Below are positions 27,822 through 38,986 of a stretch of DNA of 64,000 bases, one piece after another. Position numbers and translations under genes: made by a program. The notes under the pieces are model-generated. The model was not told the DNA's origin. It worked only from the letters and a program-made list of their open reading frames with translations, and did not search any database. Position 1 is the first letter of the stretch. Each line of letters opens with the position of its first letter. The stretch is from positions 25,675 through 89,674 of the forward strand of contig JANMQV010000009.1 of NCBI GenBank assembly GCA_031370645.1. Reading direction: 5' to 3'. This DNA comes from Candidatus Eiseniibacteriota bacterium (GTDB lineage: Bacteria > Eisenbacteria > RBG-16-71-46 > SZUA-252).

Positions 27822-29717
27822 ATGCGGCATGCATGGAGCGATCGCCCCCTTCGCGATTCCACTTTGAGACAACCCACACGGAGTACGCAGCGAGCCACGG
27901 TCGAGCGGCTGTGGCGACGCGCCGAAGAGATCCGCTCGCTCTGCGGCCTTCCTCCCTTGCCGCCCGAGGTCCCGGGTTCGCCCGACGGGCCGGACGCGGC
28001 GTCGCTCGAATTCCTCGTCGATTATCTCCTTCACGACCTCGAAGGAAATTTTCGTCGCGAGCTCGCGACGCGCGTGCAGCTCGAAGGCCTCGCCGAACTC
28101 ATGGCCACGACCGCCGGGGGTTCGGAGCCCGGGCGGGGCTACGGCCTGCTCGTGAACTATCTCGCCCGCGCCCTCGACGAGCCGCGTCTTTGGATCGGTG
28201 TCGTCGACGGGCAGCCGCCGACCTTCACGCTCTTCCGGGCGGGCGATCCCACGCTTCACGACGTTCAGCCGGATCGGGTGCATCTCCAGTGGCTTCATCC
28301 CGACTGGCTCCAGTGGCTCGCCCTCGGGGAGGGGGAGCCGGCGCTCTGGTCGGACCCCACCGGTTCGCGGAAAGGCGGCCCATGGCACGCCGTGCCGATT
28401 CGAGGCGAGATCCCGCACGATCGTTTCACCGGCGAGGTGACGGCCTGTCCCGGCTCGCTCGCCTCGGGCGACGCCTGCGCGCTCTCGCGCGGCCCTCTCG
28501 AAGAAATGGCGGGCGGGCACCGAGCCTGCGGCCGCTGCCAATTCCGCCGCATCGCAGGTCTCGTCGGGATCGAGGGGACTCTTCCGACGGAGCGGCGCGC
28601 GAGCCTTGAAGCCGTCGCCCCATCGCTCGGGCCGATCCTCGTCACCCTCGCGCTCCGTGAGGCGCTCGATCTCGAGGCGCGCTTCCGGGACGGCGTGATC
28701 GAGGAACTTCCGCTCGGAATCGTGGCCATTGACGAGCGGGGCCGCGCCCTCGCCTGGAATCGCGCGGCGGAGTCGATCGTCGGTCTCTCGAAGGAGCAGG
28801 TGCGTTCCACGCCGCTCGCAAGACTGCTGCCGGACCGGAGCTGGCATCAATCGCTCGTCCGGAGCCTCGAACTCGGCGTGGAGACCGATCGGACCGAGCA
28901 CGACGTCGTCCGATCGGACGGGACCTCGCTCCCCGTGGAAGTCCGCACGTCCCCGCTCCGGGACGGCGAAGGGAGGATTCGGGGCGCCGTCGGAACGATG
29001 GTCGATCTCTCGAGCCTGAAGGGAATGGAGGAGCGGATCCGCCAACTCGACCGGCTGGCCGCGGTCGGCCGATTCGTCTCGAGCGTCGCCCACGAGCTTC
29101 GAAACCCCCTGACGGGGATCGCCACGGGCGTGCAGTACCTGAGCCGCGGGTTTCCCGAGGGGGACGAGCGCCACGAGAGCGTCACCTTCATTCTCCGCGA
29201 AGTCGTCCGGCTCAATACCATCATCCAAGACCTCTTCACGGCGGCGCGCCCTCGCGATCTCGTCCTGGCCCGTACCCCGGTCCTGGAAATCATCGACCGC
29301 GTCGTCCGGACCCTCTCCGGGGGGGCCGAAGCCTCGGGGGTCACGATCGCGCTGGAAGGTGCCGATAGGTGGCCCGATGCCATGATTGACGCCGACCAGG
29401 TCCAGCAGGTGTTCCTGAACCTGGTCGAGAACGCGATTCACGCCACCGCTCCAGGCGGAACGATTTCCATCCGCTCCGTCCGGCGATCCGCCCCGCCGGA
29501 GATCGTGGTGACCGTGGAGGACACGGGCGCGGGCATGCCGCCGGAGCAGCAGGCGCGCATCTTCGAGCCCTTCTATACGACGAAGGCGAAAGGCACCGGC
29601 CTTGGGCTCTTCGTGGCGCACGGTATCGTGCAGCGGCATGGCGGGGCCATCGAGGTCGAAAGCGAGCCGGGCCGCGGAACTCGATTCCGCGTCGCCCTCC
29701 CCGGCACCCAGGAATAA
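27822..29717 (+). CDS. Cytoplasmic PAS-domain sensor histidine kinase (NtrB/AtoS-like)
   Basis: PAS (WNRAAESIVG..RSDG..PVEV), VAHELRNPL, NLVENA, DTGAG, EPFYTTK, GTGLGL; no TM helix; upstream TTGACC-N18-TAGCGT at 27776-27805. Confidence 0.92.
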   Translation: MRHAWSDRPLRDSTLRQPTRSTQRATVERLWRRAEEIRSLCGLPPLPPEVPGSPDGPDAASLEFLVDYLLHDLEGNFRRELATRVQLEGLAELMATTAGGSEPGRGYGLLVNYLARALDEPRLWIGVVDGQPPTFTLFRAGDPTLHDVQPDRVHLQWLHPDWLQWLALGEGEPALWSDPTGSRKGGPWHAVPIRGEIPHDRFTGEVTACPGSLASGDACALSRGPLEEMAGGHRACGRCQFRRIAGLVGIEGTLPTERRASLEAVAPSLGPILVTLALREALDLEARFRDGVIEELPLGIVAIDERGRALAWNRAAESIVGLSKEQVRSTPLARLLPDRSWHQSLVRSLELGVETDRTEHDVVRSDGTSLPVEVRTSPLRDGEGRIRGAVGTMVDLSSLKGMEERIRQLDRLAAVGRFVSSVAHELRNPLTGIATGVQYLSRGFPEGDERHESVTFILREVVRLNTIIQDLFTAARPRDLVLARTPVLEIIDRVVRTLSGGAEASGVTIALEGADRWPDAMIDADQVQQVFLNLVENAIHATAPGGTISIRSVRRSAPPEIVVTVEDTGAGMPPEQQARIFEPFYTTKAKGTGLGLFVAHGIVQRHGGAIEVESEPGRGTRFRVALPGTQE

Positions 29718-29729
29718 GAGGCGACGCTC

Positions 29730-31161
<1,432 letters not shown>

Positions 31162-31172
<11 letters not shown>

Positions 31173-31671
31173 ACCTTTCGTCGCGGCGCTCCTCGCCGCG
31201 GCGTGTGCGGCCGGAGGCTGCGCCTACTCGGTGTCCGGGGTCCTCCCGAGCCACCTGAAGACCCTCGCCGTCCCGGTCTTCGGCAACAACACGGTCGAGT
31301 TCCGGCTGGCCGATGACGTCACCCAGGCCATCACCGACGCGTTCCTCGCCGACCGCCGGCTTCGCATCGTGCGCGAGCGTGATGCCGACGCCGTCCTCCG
31401 CGGCACCGTCGTGGCCTACCGGAATCAGGTCTACGGCTACACCGCGAAGGAGCGCGCCACCCAGTACGAAATTGTCCTCGTCGTCCAGGTGACGTTTCGC
31501 GACCAGGTGAAGAACCGCGTCCTCTGGAAGGAAGATCAGCTGGCGGTTCGGACGACGTACAATGTCGTCCCGCTGGGAGGGGAAATCGCGAAGACGGAGA
31601 CCGATGGACGGCGCGAGGTGATTCAGAAATTGGCGGACCAGATCGTGAGCCGAACGGTGCAGGGATGGTGA
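31162..31671 (+). CDS. lptE: LptE-family lipoprotein
   Basis: Lipobox AGGC-AY, KTLAVPVFGNNT, ADAVLRGTV; adjacent to holA and leuS. Confidence 0.75.
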
Positions 31672-32642
31672 CGGCGCGCTCCCGCGGCGGAGCCGGCGCG
31701 ACCGGAACGCCGCAGGCGCTCGCGCGGGCCTGGCGCGACGGCGCGGAACCCGCTCCCTTCCTAGTCGCCACCGGGCCGAGCGACTATTGGCGCGTGCACC
31801 TCGTCGAGGCGTATCGCGAAAGCGCTGCGGCGGCGGGGGCGGAGTTCCAACGGCTGGAAGGGGACGACCTCGACGCCGAGACACTCGCGGGCGCCCTCGA
31901 GTCGCTCTCCCTCTTCGCGACGTCGCAGAGGCTTTGGATCCGCGAAGGGGCCAAACTCGAGAAGGCGTGCGAGGAGCGGCTTCTCCGGTTGGCCGGCGCT
32001 CCGATCGCCGGCGTCACCATCCTCCTCACGACCGCGCGCGATCCGTCCGAGTTGAAGTTCCTCGGCTCGCTCGCCGCGAAGGCGGCCGTCGTGTCATGCG
32101 AGGAGCGTTCGGGCGACTCCATGAAGGAGGCCCAGCGCCTCGCAACCGAAGCCGGACTGAAGCTCCCTCCGGGGCTCCTGGAAGCGATCACAGCCCGCGC
32201 CGGGTCGCTACAGTCGCTCCGTCAGGAATTGGCGAAATTGGGGGTTCTGGCGGATGGGACGGGGAAGATCGAACTCTCGGCGCTGAACGCCGTCGCGGCA
32301 GGTCGGAGCGCCGCCTCGGTGGAGCGATGGGCCGTCGCCGCTCTTCAGCGAGACGCGGCCCGTGCGCGTGTGGAGGCCGCGGCCCTGAGCGCCGAGGGAT
32401 CGGCGACCGGATCCGCGCTCTGGGCGGTCGCCTCCATGGCTCTCGCGGCCCTCGAGCCACAGGCGTACGGATTTCGCCGTGGACCGTCCGGCCCGGCCCT
32501 TCGCCCCGCCGCGGCGCGGGCGGCGCTCGATGCGGTCTATCGGGCCGATCGCGCCATGAAACGGGGCGAGATCCGAGACGAGGAAGTGCTCGACGTGCTG
32601 GAACGAAGCCTGCAGGGAGGAACGAGTGTCCGAGACGCGTGA
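31665..32642 (+). CDS. holA: DNA polymerase III delta subunit (divergent)
   Basis: SLSLFATSQRL, LRQELAKL, ADRAMKRG; synteny with lptE/leuS. Confidence 0.72.
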   Translation: MVTARSRGGAGATGTPQALARAWRDGAEPAPFLVATGPSDYWRVHLVEAYRESAAAAGAEFQRLEGDDLDAETLAGALESLSLFATSQRLWIREGAKLEKACEERLLRLAGAPIAGVTILLTTARDPSELKFLGSLAAKAAVVSCEERSGDSMKEAQRLATEAGLKLPPGLLEAITARAGSLQSLRQELAKLGVLADGTGKIELSALNAVAAGRSAASVERWAVAALQRDAARARVEAAALSAEGSATGSALWAVASMALAALEPQAYGFRRGPSGPALRPAAARAALDAVYRADRAMKRGEIRDEEVLDVLERSLQGGTSVRDA

Positions 32643-35181
32643 CGCCATCAACCTGAACCGAGGCTCCGCCCCAGACCCGGAGGAGGGGAGCCGCGCCGGC
32701 TATCCCTTCCGCGCGCTCGAGGAGAGCGCCCAGCGCCGGTGGGCCGAGGAACGTCTCTTCGAATCGGGCGATCCGATGGCGGCCGAGAAACGCTTCTACT
32801 GTCTGAATATGTTCCCCTATCCGTCGGGCGACCTCCACGTGGGGCACGGGCGGAATTACATCTTGGGCGACGCGGTCGCACGGCTGAAGCGGATGCAGGG
32901 CTACACGGTCCTATCCCCGATGGGATGGGACGCGTTCGGGCTGCCGGCCGAGAATGCCGCGATCGCGAATCAGATCCATCCGGCCGTCTGGACGAAGCGG
33001 AACATCGCCCGCATGAAGGAGCAGTTTCACGCCTGGGGCGTCGGTTTCGATTGGACGCGGGAGATCGCGAGCTGCGATCCCGAGTACTACCGCTGGACGC
33101 AGTGGATCTTCCTCAAACTCTACGAGAAGGGACTCGCCTACCGCGCGAAGGGCGCCGTGAACTGGTGCCCCTCTTGCCAGACCGTGCTCGCGAACGAGCA
33201 GGTCGAGGATGGGAAGTGCGAGCGATGCGGCACCGCCGTCGTCCTGCGTGATCTCGAGCAGTGGTATTTCAAGATCACGCACTACGCGGACGCGCTCCTG
33301 AACGATCTATCGCTCCTCAAGCAGTGGCCGGAGAAGGTTCGCGTCATGCAGGCGAACTGGATCGGCCGTAGCGAAGGTGCCTCGATCCGTTTCGCGGGGG
33401 CGGGGGAGAAGGCGCCGCTCGAAGTGTTCACGACGCGTCCCGACACGCTCCTCGGCGCGACCTTCCTGGCGCTTGCGGCGGAGCATCCTTTCGTCACGAG
33501 ATGGAGGGAGCAGGGGAAGCTCGGCTCCGATGCCGCGGCGTTCATCGATCGCTTGAAGCGCTCCCGGATCGAGAACCGGTTCGCCATCGAAACCGAGAAG
33601 GAAGGATTCGACACCGGAGTTACGGTGGCGCATCCGCTGACCGGATCTCCGATCCCGGTCTGGATCGCGAACTACGTCATGATGGGATACGGCACCGGCG
33701 CGATCATGGCCGTGCCGGCTCACGATCAGCGCGACTTCGAGTTCGCGACGAAGTACCGGATCCCGATCGTGGAAGTGATTCGGCCGGAAGCGGGCTCCGG
33801 GTCGGCGTTCGACGGGAGCGGCGCCTACGAAGGCGAAGGAATCCTGGTGAATTCCGGAGCGTTTGACGGCCTCGCGAGTGCGCACGCGCGGGGCGCGGTG
33901 ACCGAGGCGCTGAGGGCGAAGGGGGCGGGGGAGAGCCGCGTGAATTTCCGGCTTCGCGATTGGCTGATCTCGCGCCAGCGCTACTGGGGCGCGCCAATCC
34001 CGATGATCCACTGCCCGAAGTGCGGCATCGTACCGGTTCCCGAGAAGGACCTCCCGGTCCTCCTGCCCGATCAGGTGGAGTTCAAGCCGACGGGTGAGTC
34101 GCCGCTCCTGTCGAACGAAGCCTTCCTCCGCGTCGATTGTCCGCGGTGCGGCGGTCCCGCGCGCCGGGAAACCGACACGATGGACACCTTCGTCGACTCT
34201 TCGTGGTATTTCATGCGCTTCCTGAGCCCTCGGCTGGAAACCGCTCCCTTCGCAACGGATGCGGTGAACCGTTGGCTCCCCGTGAACCAGTACATCGGAG
34301 GCGTCGAGCACGCGATTCTCCACCTCCTCTATTCGCGCTTCATGGTGAAGGTATTGCGCGACGTGGGCATGGTTTCGTTCTCGGAACCGTTCGAGCGCCT
34401 CTTCACGCAGGGGATGATCACGAAGGACGGAAACAAGATGTCGAAGTCGAAGGGGAACGTCGTCCCTCCCGATGCGCTCCTGCAGCGCTACGGGGCGGAC
34501 ACGGTTCGCCTCTACACGCTCTTCATCGGGCCGCCGGAGAAGGACGCCGAGTGGAACGATCGTGGCGTGGAGGGGGCCTATCGGTTCCTCACCCGCTACT
34601 GGAAGATGATTGAGGATGTGGCTGGGAACGGCTCGCTTAGGAAGAAGGAATCGGCTCCACCGACGCCTAATTGGGTCGCATCCGGACCCCCTCGGGAGCT
34701 TCGCCGCCGAGTCCACCAACTGACCCAGCAGGTCTGCGACGATATGGACCGGTTCCACCTGAACACGGCCGTGAGCGGCCTCATGCAACTGGTGAACGCG
34801 GTCCAGGAATACCAAGGGGCGGGCGGAGATTTGCGCCTGGCCGAAGTCCGTGAAGCGGCCGAGATCTCGACCCGGCTCCTGGCCCCCCTGGCCCCACACA
34901 CCGCGGAAGGCGCCTGGGAACTCCTGGGATACTCGAATTCGGTGGCGTTGGCGCCATGGCCGGCTCCAGCGCCGGAAGCCCTGGAAAGCGCCACAAAGAG
35001 CCTGGTGGTCCAGGTGAACGGCAAGCTGCGGGCCCACGTGATCGTGCCGGTGGGCGCCGATCAGGAGACGATTCGAAAGGCAGCCCTGGCGGACGAGAAG
35101 GTGGCGAAGATGGTCGAGGGGAAGACGGTGGCCCAGGTGATCGTCGTTCCGGGCCGCCTGGTGAACATCGTCCTGCGGTAG
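32626..35181 (+). CDS. leuS: Leucine--tRNA ligase
   Basis: MFPYPSGDLHVGH, FTTRPDT, DWLISRQRYWG, KMSKS, VQVNGKLR. Confidence 0.97.
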   Translation: MSETRDAINLNRGSAPDPEEGSRAGYPFRALEESAQRRWAEERLFESGDPMAAEKRFYCLNMFPYPSGDLHVGHGRNYILGDAVARLKRMQGYTVLSPMGWDAFGLPAENAAIANQIHPAVWTKRNIARMKEQFHAWGVGFDWTREIASCDPEYYRWTQWIFLKLYEKGLAYRAKGAVNWCPSCQTVLANEQVEDGKCERCGTAVVLRDLEQWYFKITHYADALLNDLSLLKQWPEKVRVMQANWIGRSEGASIRFAGAGEKAPLEVFTTRPDTLLGATFLALAAEHPFVTRWREQGKLGSDAAAFIDRLKRSRIENRFAIETEKEGFDTGVTVAHPLTGSPIPVWIANYVMMGYGTGAIMAVPAHDQRDFEFATKYRIPIVEVIRPEAGSGSAFDGSGAYEGEGILVNSGAFDGLASAHARGAVTEALRAKGAGESRVNFRLRDWLISRQRYWGAPIPMIHCPKCGIVPVPEKDLPVLLPDQVEFKPTGESPLLSNEAFLRVDCPRCGGPARRETDTMDTFVDSSWYFMRFLSPRLETAPFATDAVNRWLPVNQYIGGVEHAILHLLYSRFMVKVLRDVGMVSFSEPFERLFTQGMITKDGNKMSKSKGNVVPPDALLQRYGADTVRLYTLFIGPPEKDAEWNDRGVEGAYRFLTRYWKMIEDVAGNGSLRKKESAPPTPNWVASGPPRELRRRVHQLTQQVCDDMDRFHLNTAVSGLMQLVNAVQEYQGAGGDLRLAEVREAAEISTRLLAPLAPHTAEGAWELLGYSNSVALAPWPAPAPEALESATKSLVVQVNGKLRAHVIVPVGADQETIRKAALADEKVAKMVEGKTVAQVIVVPGRLVNIVLR

Positions 35182-35209
35182 CCGCGAGCCCGACCTGGTC
35201 CCGGTTCGT

Positions 35210-35237
35210 TGTTTACATAATACTCATTATACGACAA
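35210..35237 (-). other. dif site (XerC/XerD chromosome dimer resolution)
   Basis: Minus strand TTGTCGTATAA-TGAGTA-TTATGTAAACA, 11-6-11 layout, in an AT-rich intergenic gap between convergent genes. Confidence 0.88.
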
Positions 35238-35241
35238 ACCA

Positions 35242-35628
35242 CTAGAACTTGGGGGTAGGCTCCTCGACCCGCTCGGGGTCCGATTCGGTGGCCCGCCGCT
35301 CCGCCAGCTCCCCCAACCGGTCCCGCACCTGCTGCGTCAGCGTCGTCAGCTTCTCCAGAACGAATCCCGCGTGCTTCGTATTCTCCTCGACGGCCAGGAT
35401 CACCTCGATCGCCTGGGCCGCGAATACGACATAGAGAAAGAAGAGTCCGCCCGAGGCGCCATACTTCACCCAGTCCCAGATCTCCTCGCTGGAACCCCCG
35501 ATGATCGCCCGCGCGATGCCGACGGGCGTGATGAGGATCGTCAGGCCGAGCGCGACCCAGCCGACGACCGACAGGACCTTGCAAAGACGGCGGAGGAGCC
35601 AGAAGCGGCGTTCAGGTAGCCAAGACAT
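35242..35628 (-). CDS. Small hypothetical membrane protein (2 TM)
   Basis: Two hydrophobic helices then LAVEENTK. Confidence 0.65.
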   Translation of the reverse strand: MSWLPERRFWLLRRLCKVLSVVGWVALGLTILITPVGIARAIIGGSSEEIWDWVKYGASGGLFFLYVVFAAQAIEVILAVEENTKHAGFVLEKLTTLTQQVRDRLGELAERRATESDPERVEEPTPKF

Positions 35629-35634
35629 GGTTTG

Positions 35635-36021
35635 TTAGAACGGCACCTTCTCGATGCCGTCTCCTAGAAACGGGATTCGCGCGAAAGAACCACTCGCGCC
35701 TTTCGCGACGCCGTAAACGGTCACGGCGAGGAACAGCAAACCAACCGCCAATCGGGCCGCCGCCGTGATCAGGAGGCCGAGGAACGGAATACGACCGACC
35801 GAGACGTCGAGAATCCAGAGCGCGATCCACGCAGCAACCTCGACGCCGAAGAGAATCAGGCCTTGGCGGGCGTGGAATCGGACGTAGCGATTCGTGGGAG
35901 CCGCGGCGAATCCGACGAAGCAGAGGGCCGGGAGGTACGCCACCGCCGCAAGGATGCGCCCATCCTCGATCTCCTCGCTGCTGGCGTCCTCGAATCGGGG
36001 CGCGTCGGTCTCCGTCGGCAC
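35635..36021 (-). CDS. DUF4870/Tic20-like small membrane protein
   Basis: LAAVAYL..YVRFHARQGLILF..RIPFLG; real gene is the 3' part of the 35635..37056 ORF, GTG start. Confidence 0.75.
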   Translation of the reverse strand: MPTETDAPRFEDASSEEIEDGRILAAVAYLPALCFVGFAAAPTNRYVRFHARQGLILFGVEVAAWIALWILDVSVGRIPFLGLLITAAARLAVGLLFLAVTVYGVAKGASGSFARIPFLGDGIEKVPF

Positions 36022-36053
36022 CTCTAGATCATCGCATCCGCGCGCCGCGGGGG

Positions 36054-38213
36054 TCAAGTCGCCGACCCATGCGTGAGCCGCCGGTCGGCGGGAGGCCGCC
36101 CCACTCGAAACGAACCGTCGCGCGGCACGACGGCCACGGGGCGCCCTTGGCGTTCCACCAGGAGGCGCCATTCGAGCGACTTCCCTGGCGCGATTCCGAA
36201 TTTCTGGAACGGAAGTCTGGCCTCGACGTCGCCGTCGCGGGCGAATGCCCCCTCGTCCGGTTCGCCAAGGATCGCGCCACGCCAGGCCGGAGCACCCGAG
36301 ACGGGCCCCCCGAGCGGAATCTCCGCCGCGATCGACGCACCCGCTTTGCCGACCGCTTCGACGAGGAGGAAACCCGAGTCGTCGATCGCCGCCGCCTCGC
36401 ATTCGACGCGCACGTAGAGCGAGCGCTCGTCGAACCCGTAGCGAAGTTCCCGGATCACGACGGACGTCTGATGCATGCTTCCGGAGGTCGCCGCCGGGTC
36501 GACGCGCACGGCGTCCCGCCAGTCGAAATCGCCGGAGTCGCGTCCCTCGACGCGCGGGCGGATGGTAGGCGGAGAAGCCGCGGCGACGGGCGCCGTCTCG
36601 CGTAGCGAGCTCCGGAGTCGCGCCGGGATCTCGACTCCGAGAACTTCGTAAACGCGCGCGACATGTCCGCGGAAGAGCCGATCGAATTCGGCGGCGTGCG
36701 CGGTCGGATGATCGTCTCCGTACCACCAGAACCAATCGCTCGCCTCGGCCGCGTAGAGCGACTCGCGCGCCGCCTCGAGGCTCGCCGCCGCGACGCCGTG
36801 GCGCTCCGCAGCGCGAAGTTCTTCCCGCGCATGATGGATCTCGACCCACCCGCGATTCTTCTCCGCGTGCCCCACCCAAATTCCGAGATCGGCCCGAATC
36901 CAGGATCCGACGGGGAACGCGGTGAGCGTTTCGCGCGGAGGCGCGGCCGCCAGCGCTTCGCTCACGGTGACCGCTTCGATCCCCTCCGCCCGCTCCAGCG
37001 CGCCATAGAGCGCGTCGAGAAACGGCCCGCCGTCCTCCTCGTACGACTCCCAGCAATTCTCCCCGTCCAAGATCACCGTCACCAGTGCCGGGTCATCACC
37101 GCGCCGGCCGGCGGCGGCCGCGCGGACGCCGGCCACGAAGTCGGCCGCCGCGGCCGCTGGCTCGACGTGCATGTAGGTGAATCCGATGAGATCCGAGAGT
37201 CGCCGATCCCGGAAGAGCATCGCGATCGGCCGAGAATTCCCAGACCCGGTGTCCACCGACCACGCTTGAAGCCGCGCCGCCGGATCGTTCGCGCGCGGAT
37301 CTCCCATCGCGGCGAGGGCGCGGCCGAGCGTCTCTTCGTCGGAGGCCGCCCAGCGAAATCCCTCCTGCTCGAGAATCGCAAGCGACTCGCGGCTCACGGC
37401 TCCTTCCGCGGGCCACACTCCGCCCGGCGCCACGCCGAATCGCGCCTCATGGGACCGCCGCGCCGCGCGCACCTGCGCCACGGCGTCCTCGGGCGCGCGC
37501 GATCGCGGCGACGGGAGCGCGATCGTGGCCGAGACCTCTCGCGGCGCGTCGGTGTCGCACAGGAGCGGCAGAATGGGATGGTGGTACGGAACCGTCGCCA
37601 GTTCCACCTGGCCCCGCTCGAGCGCGGCGCGGTAGGCGGGGACGATTCGCGCCGCCAGGGCGATGCCCCAGTCGAGGAGCGCCCGCTTCTGTTCTTCGCT
37701 GAATCCCCTTCCCTGTCGCCAGAGCGACCGAATCGGTTCCTCCGCGCGATAGGTCGGATCGACCCAGGCGAGGTGAAACCACGTCTGGAGATCGCGTGCT
37801 TCCTCGACCGTGAGCGGCGCGCCGCCGGACCGCTCCTCCTCCGCACGGCTCGAGAGTTCGCGATAGCGCGGATGAGGATCGAGCATGCGAGTCCGCTGAA
37901 CGTGGAAGAACTCACGGAGGAGGAACTCGCGCTGCGTGGAGGTGAGCGCCTCGGAGGGGGTCCGCGCGAGCGCGAGATGCGGATCGTCGCCCGCCGTTCC
38001 AGTCGCGATGGCGTCGAGTTGATCGAGGAGGATGGGCGTCAGCGAAAACGTGACGTGGACGCCGGGGTGGGCTTGGAGCGCCGCCGCCATGTCGCCGTAG
38101 TCCTTCGTGGCGTGGAGACGGGTCCAGGGTAAGACGAAGCGGCCCGTCGCGGGATCGCGGTAGCTCGGCTGGTGCAGGTGCCACACCAGCGCCAGCATGA
38201 CCGGCGCCGCCAC
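36054..38213 (-). CDS. Glycoside hydrolase family 57 (amylopullulanase/glucanotransferase-like)
   Basis: WHLHQP, PWTRLHATKDY, YHHPILPLL, WPAEGAVS, ILDGENCWE, AEASDWFWWY. Confidence 0.93.
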   Translation of the reverse strand: MAAPVMLALVWHLHQPSYRDPATGRFVLPWTRLHATKDYGDMAAALQAHPGVHVTFSLTPILLDQLDAIATGTAGDDPHLALARTPSEALTSTQREFLLREFFHVQRTRMLDPHPRYRELSSRAEEERSGGAPLTVEEARDLQTWFHLAWVDPTYRAEEPIRSLWRQGRGFSEEQKRALLDWGIALAARIVPAYRAALERGQVELATVPYHHPILPLLCDTDAPREVSATIALPSPRSRAPEDAVAQVRAARRSHEARFGVAPGGVWPAEGAVSRESLAILEQEGFRWAASDEETLGRALAAMGDPRANDPAARLQAWSVDTGSGNSRPIAMLFRDRRLSDLIGFTYMHVEPAAAAADFVAGVRAAAAGRRGDDPALVTVILDGENCWESYEEDGGPFLDALYGALERAEGIEAVTVSEALAAAPPRETLTAFPVGSWIRADLGIWVGHAEKNRGWVEIHHAREELRAAERHGVAAASLEAARESLYAAEASDWFWWYGDDHPTAHAAEFDRLFRGHVARVYEVLGVEIPARLRSSLRETAPVAAASPPTIRPRVEGRDSGDFDWRDAVRVDPAATSGSMHQTSVVIRELRYGFDERSLYVRVECEAAAIDDSGFLLVEAVGKAGASIAAEIPLGGPVSGAPAWRGAILGEPDEGAFARDGDVEARLPFQKFGIAPGKSLEWRLLVERQGRPVAVVPRDGSFRVGRPPADRRLTHGSAT

Positions 38214-38227
38214 GGGCCGCGAACTCC

Positions 38228-38926
38228 CTACGGCGTCGCGCCGCCCTGGAGTTCTCCGAGGCGTGCGTTGGCGGCGTCGAGGATCGGCTGCTCGGCGAGC
38301 GGGAGGAGCACCACGGCCTTGTAGACGTCGATCGCCTTCGCGTTCTGTCCGGCGCGGAGGAAGCAGCGCGCCTCGGCGAGCATGGCCCGGCCCCGTTCGT
38401 TGTCGGTCGAGGATCGCTTCGCCGCGTCGCCGTAAGCGGCGGCTGCCTCGGCGAAAGCCTTGTTGTTCTCGTGCGCCGCGGCCAATCCCCAAACGCCCGC
38501 GAGCGCGGCAGCCTTGTCGCCGCCCGACTTGTCGATGAACTTCTGGTACCAGGACGCGGCATCGGCCGGCTTCCCTTGCGCGAGGGAGAGGTCGCCGAGA
38601 TAGCGCATCGCGTCGCGCGCCGCCTTCGTTCCGGCGGAGTTGTCGATGAGTTCCTTCAGCATCGGCCCGGCCGTGACGTAATCGCTCTGCGCGATCGAGA
38701 GGACCGCGCGGAAGAGTTCTCCCTGCGCCCGCTCCTCCGACTGAGCGCGCGTCCGCATGACGAAGAGTCCGAGCACCGCCACCAACACCAACGCGCCGAC
38801 ACCGATGAGAATGGCGCGGCCATGACGATCCCACACCTCGGTCGCCCGAAACGCGGCCGTGACGAGGGCGTCTTCCTTGATCGATCGCTTGGTCATCTTC
38901 TGGTGCTTCACCAGATGGGTCGACAT
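38228..38926 (-). CDS. Membrane-anchored TPR protein (YfgM-like)
   Basis: IKEDALV, one TM helix, TPR helices. Confidence 0.78.
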   Translation of the reverse strand: MSTHLVKHQKMTKRSIKEDALVTAAFRATEVWDRHGRAILIGVGALVLVAVLGLFVMRTRAQSEERAQGELFRAVLSIAQSDYVTAGPMLKELIDNSAGTKAARDAMRYLGDLSLAQGKPADAASWYQKFIDKSGGDKAAALAGVWGLAAAHENNKAFAEAAAAYGDAAKRSSTDNERGRAMLAEARCFLRAGQNAKAIDVYKAVVLLPLAEQPILDAANARLGELQGGATP

Positions 38927-38956
38927 GTCTGTTTCTCCCTTGGGGTTGAGCCCCCG

Positions 38957-38986
38957 AGTCTACCGGTGCACGGCCCCCGCTGTCAA
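38957..38986 (-). promoter_or_regulatory. sigma70 promoter for TPR-GH57 operon
   Basis: Minus strand TTGACA-N18-TAGACT. Confidence 0.72.
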
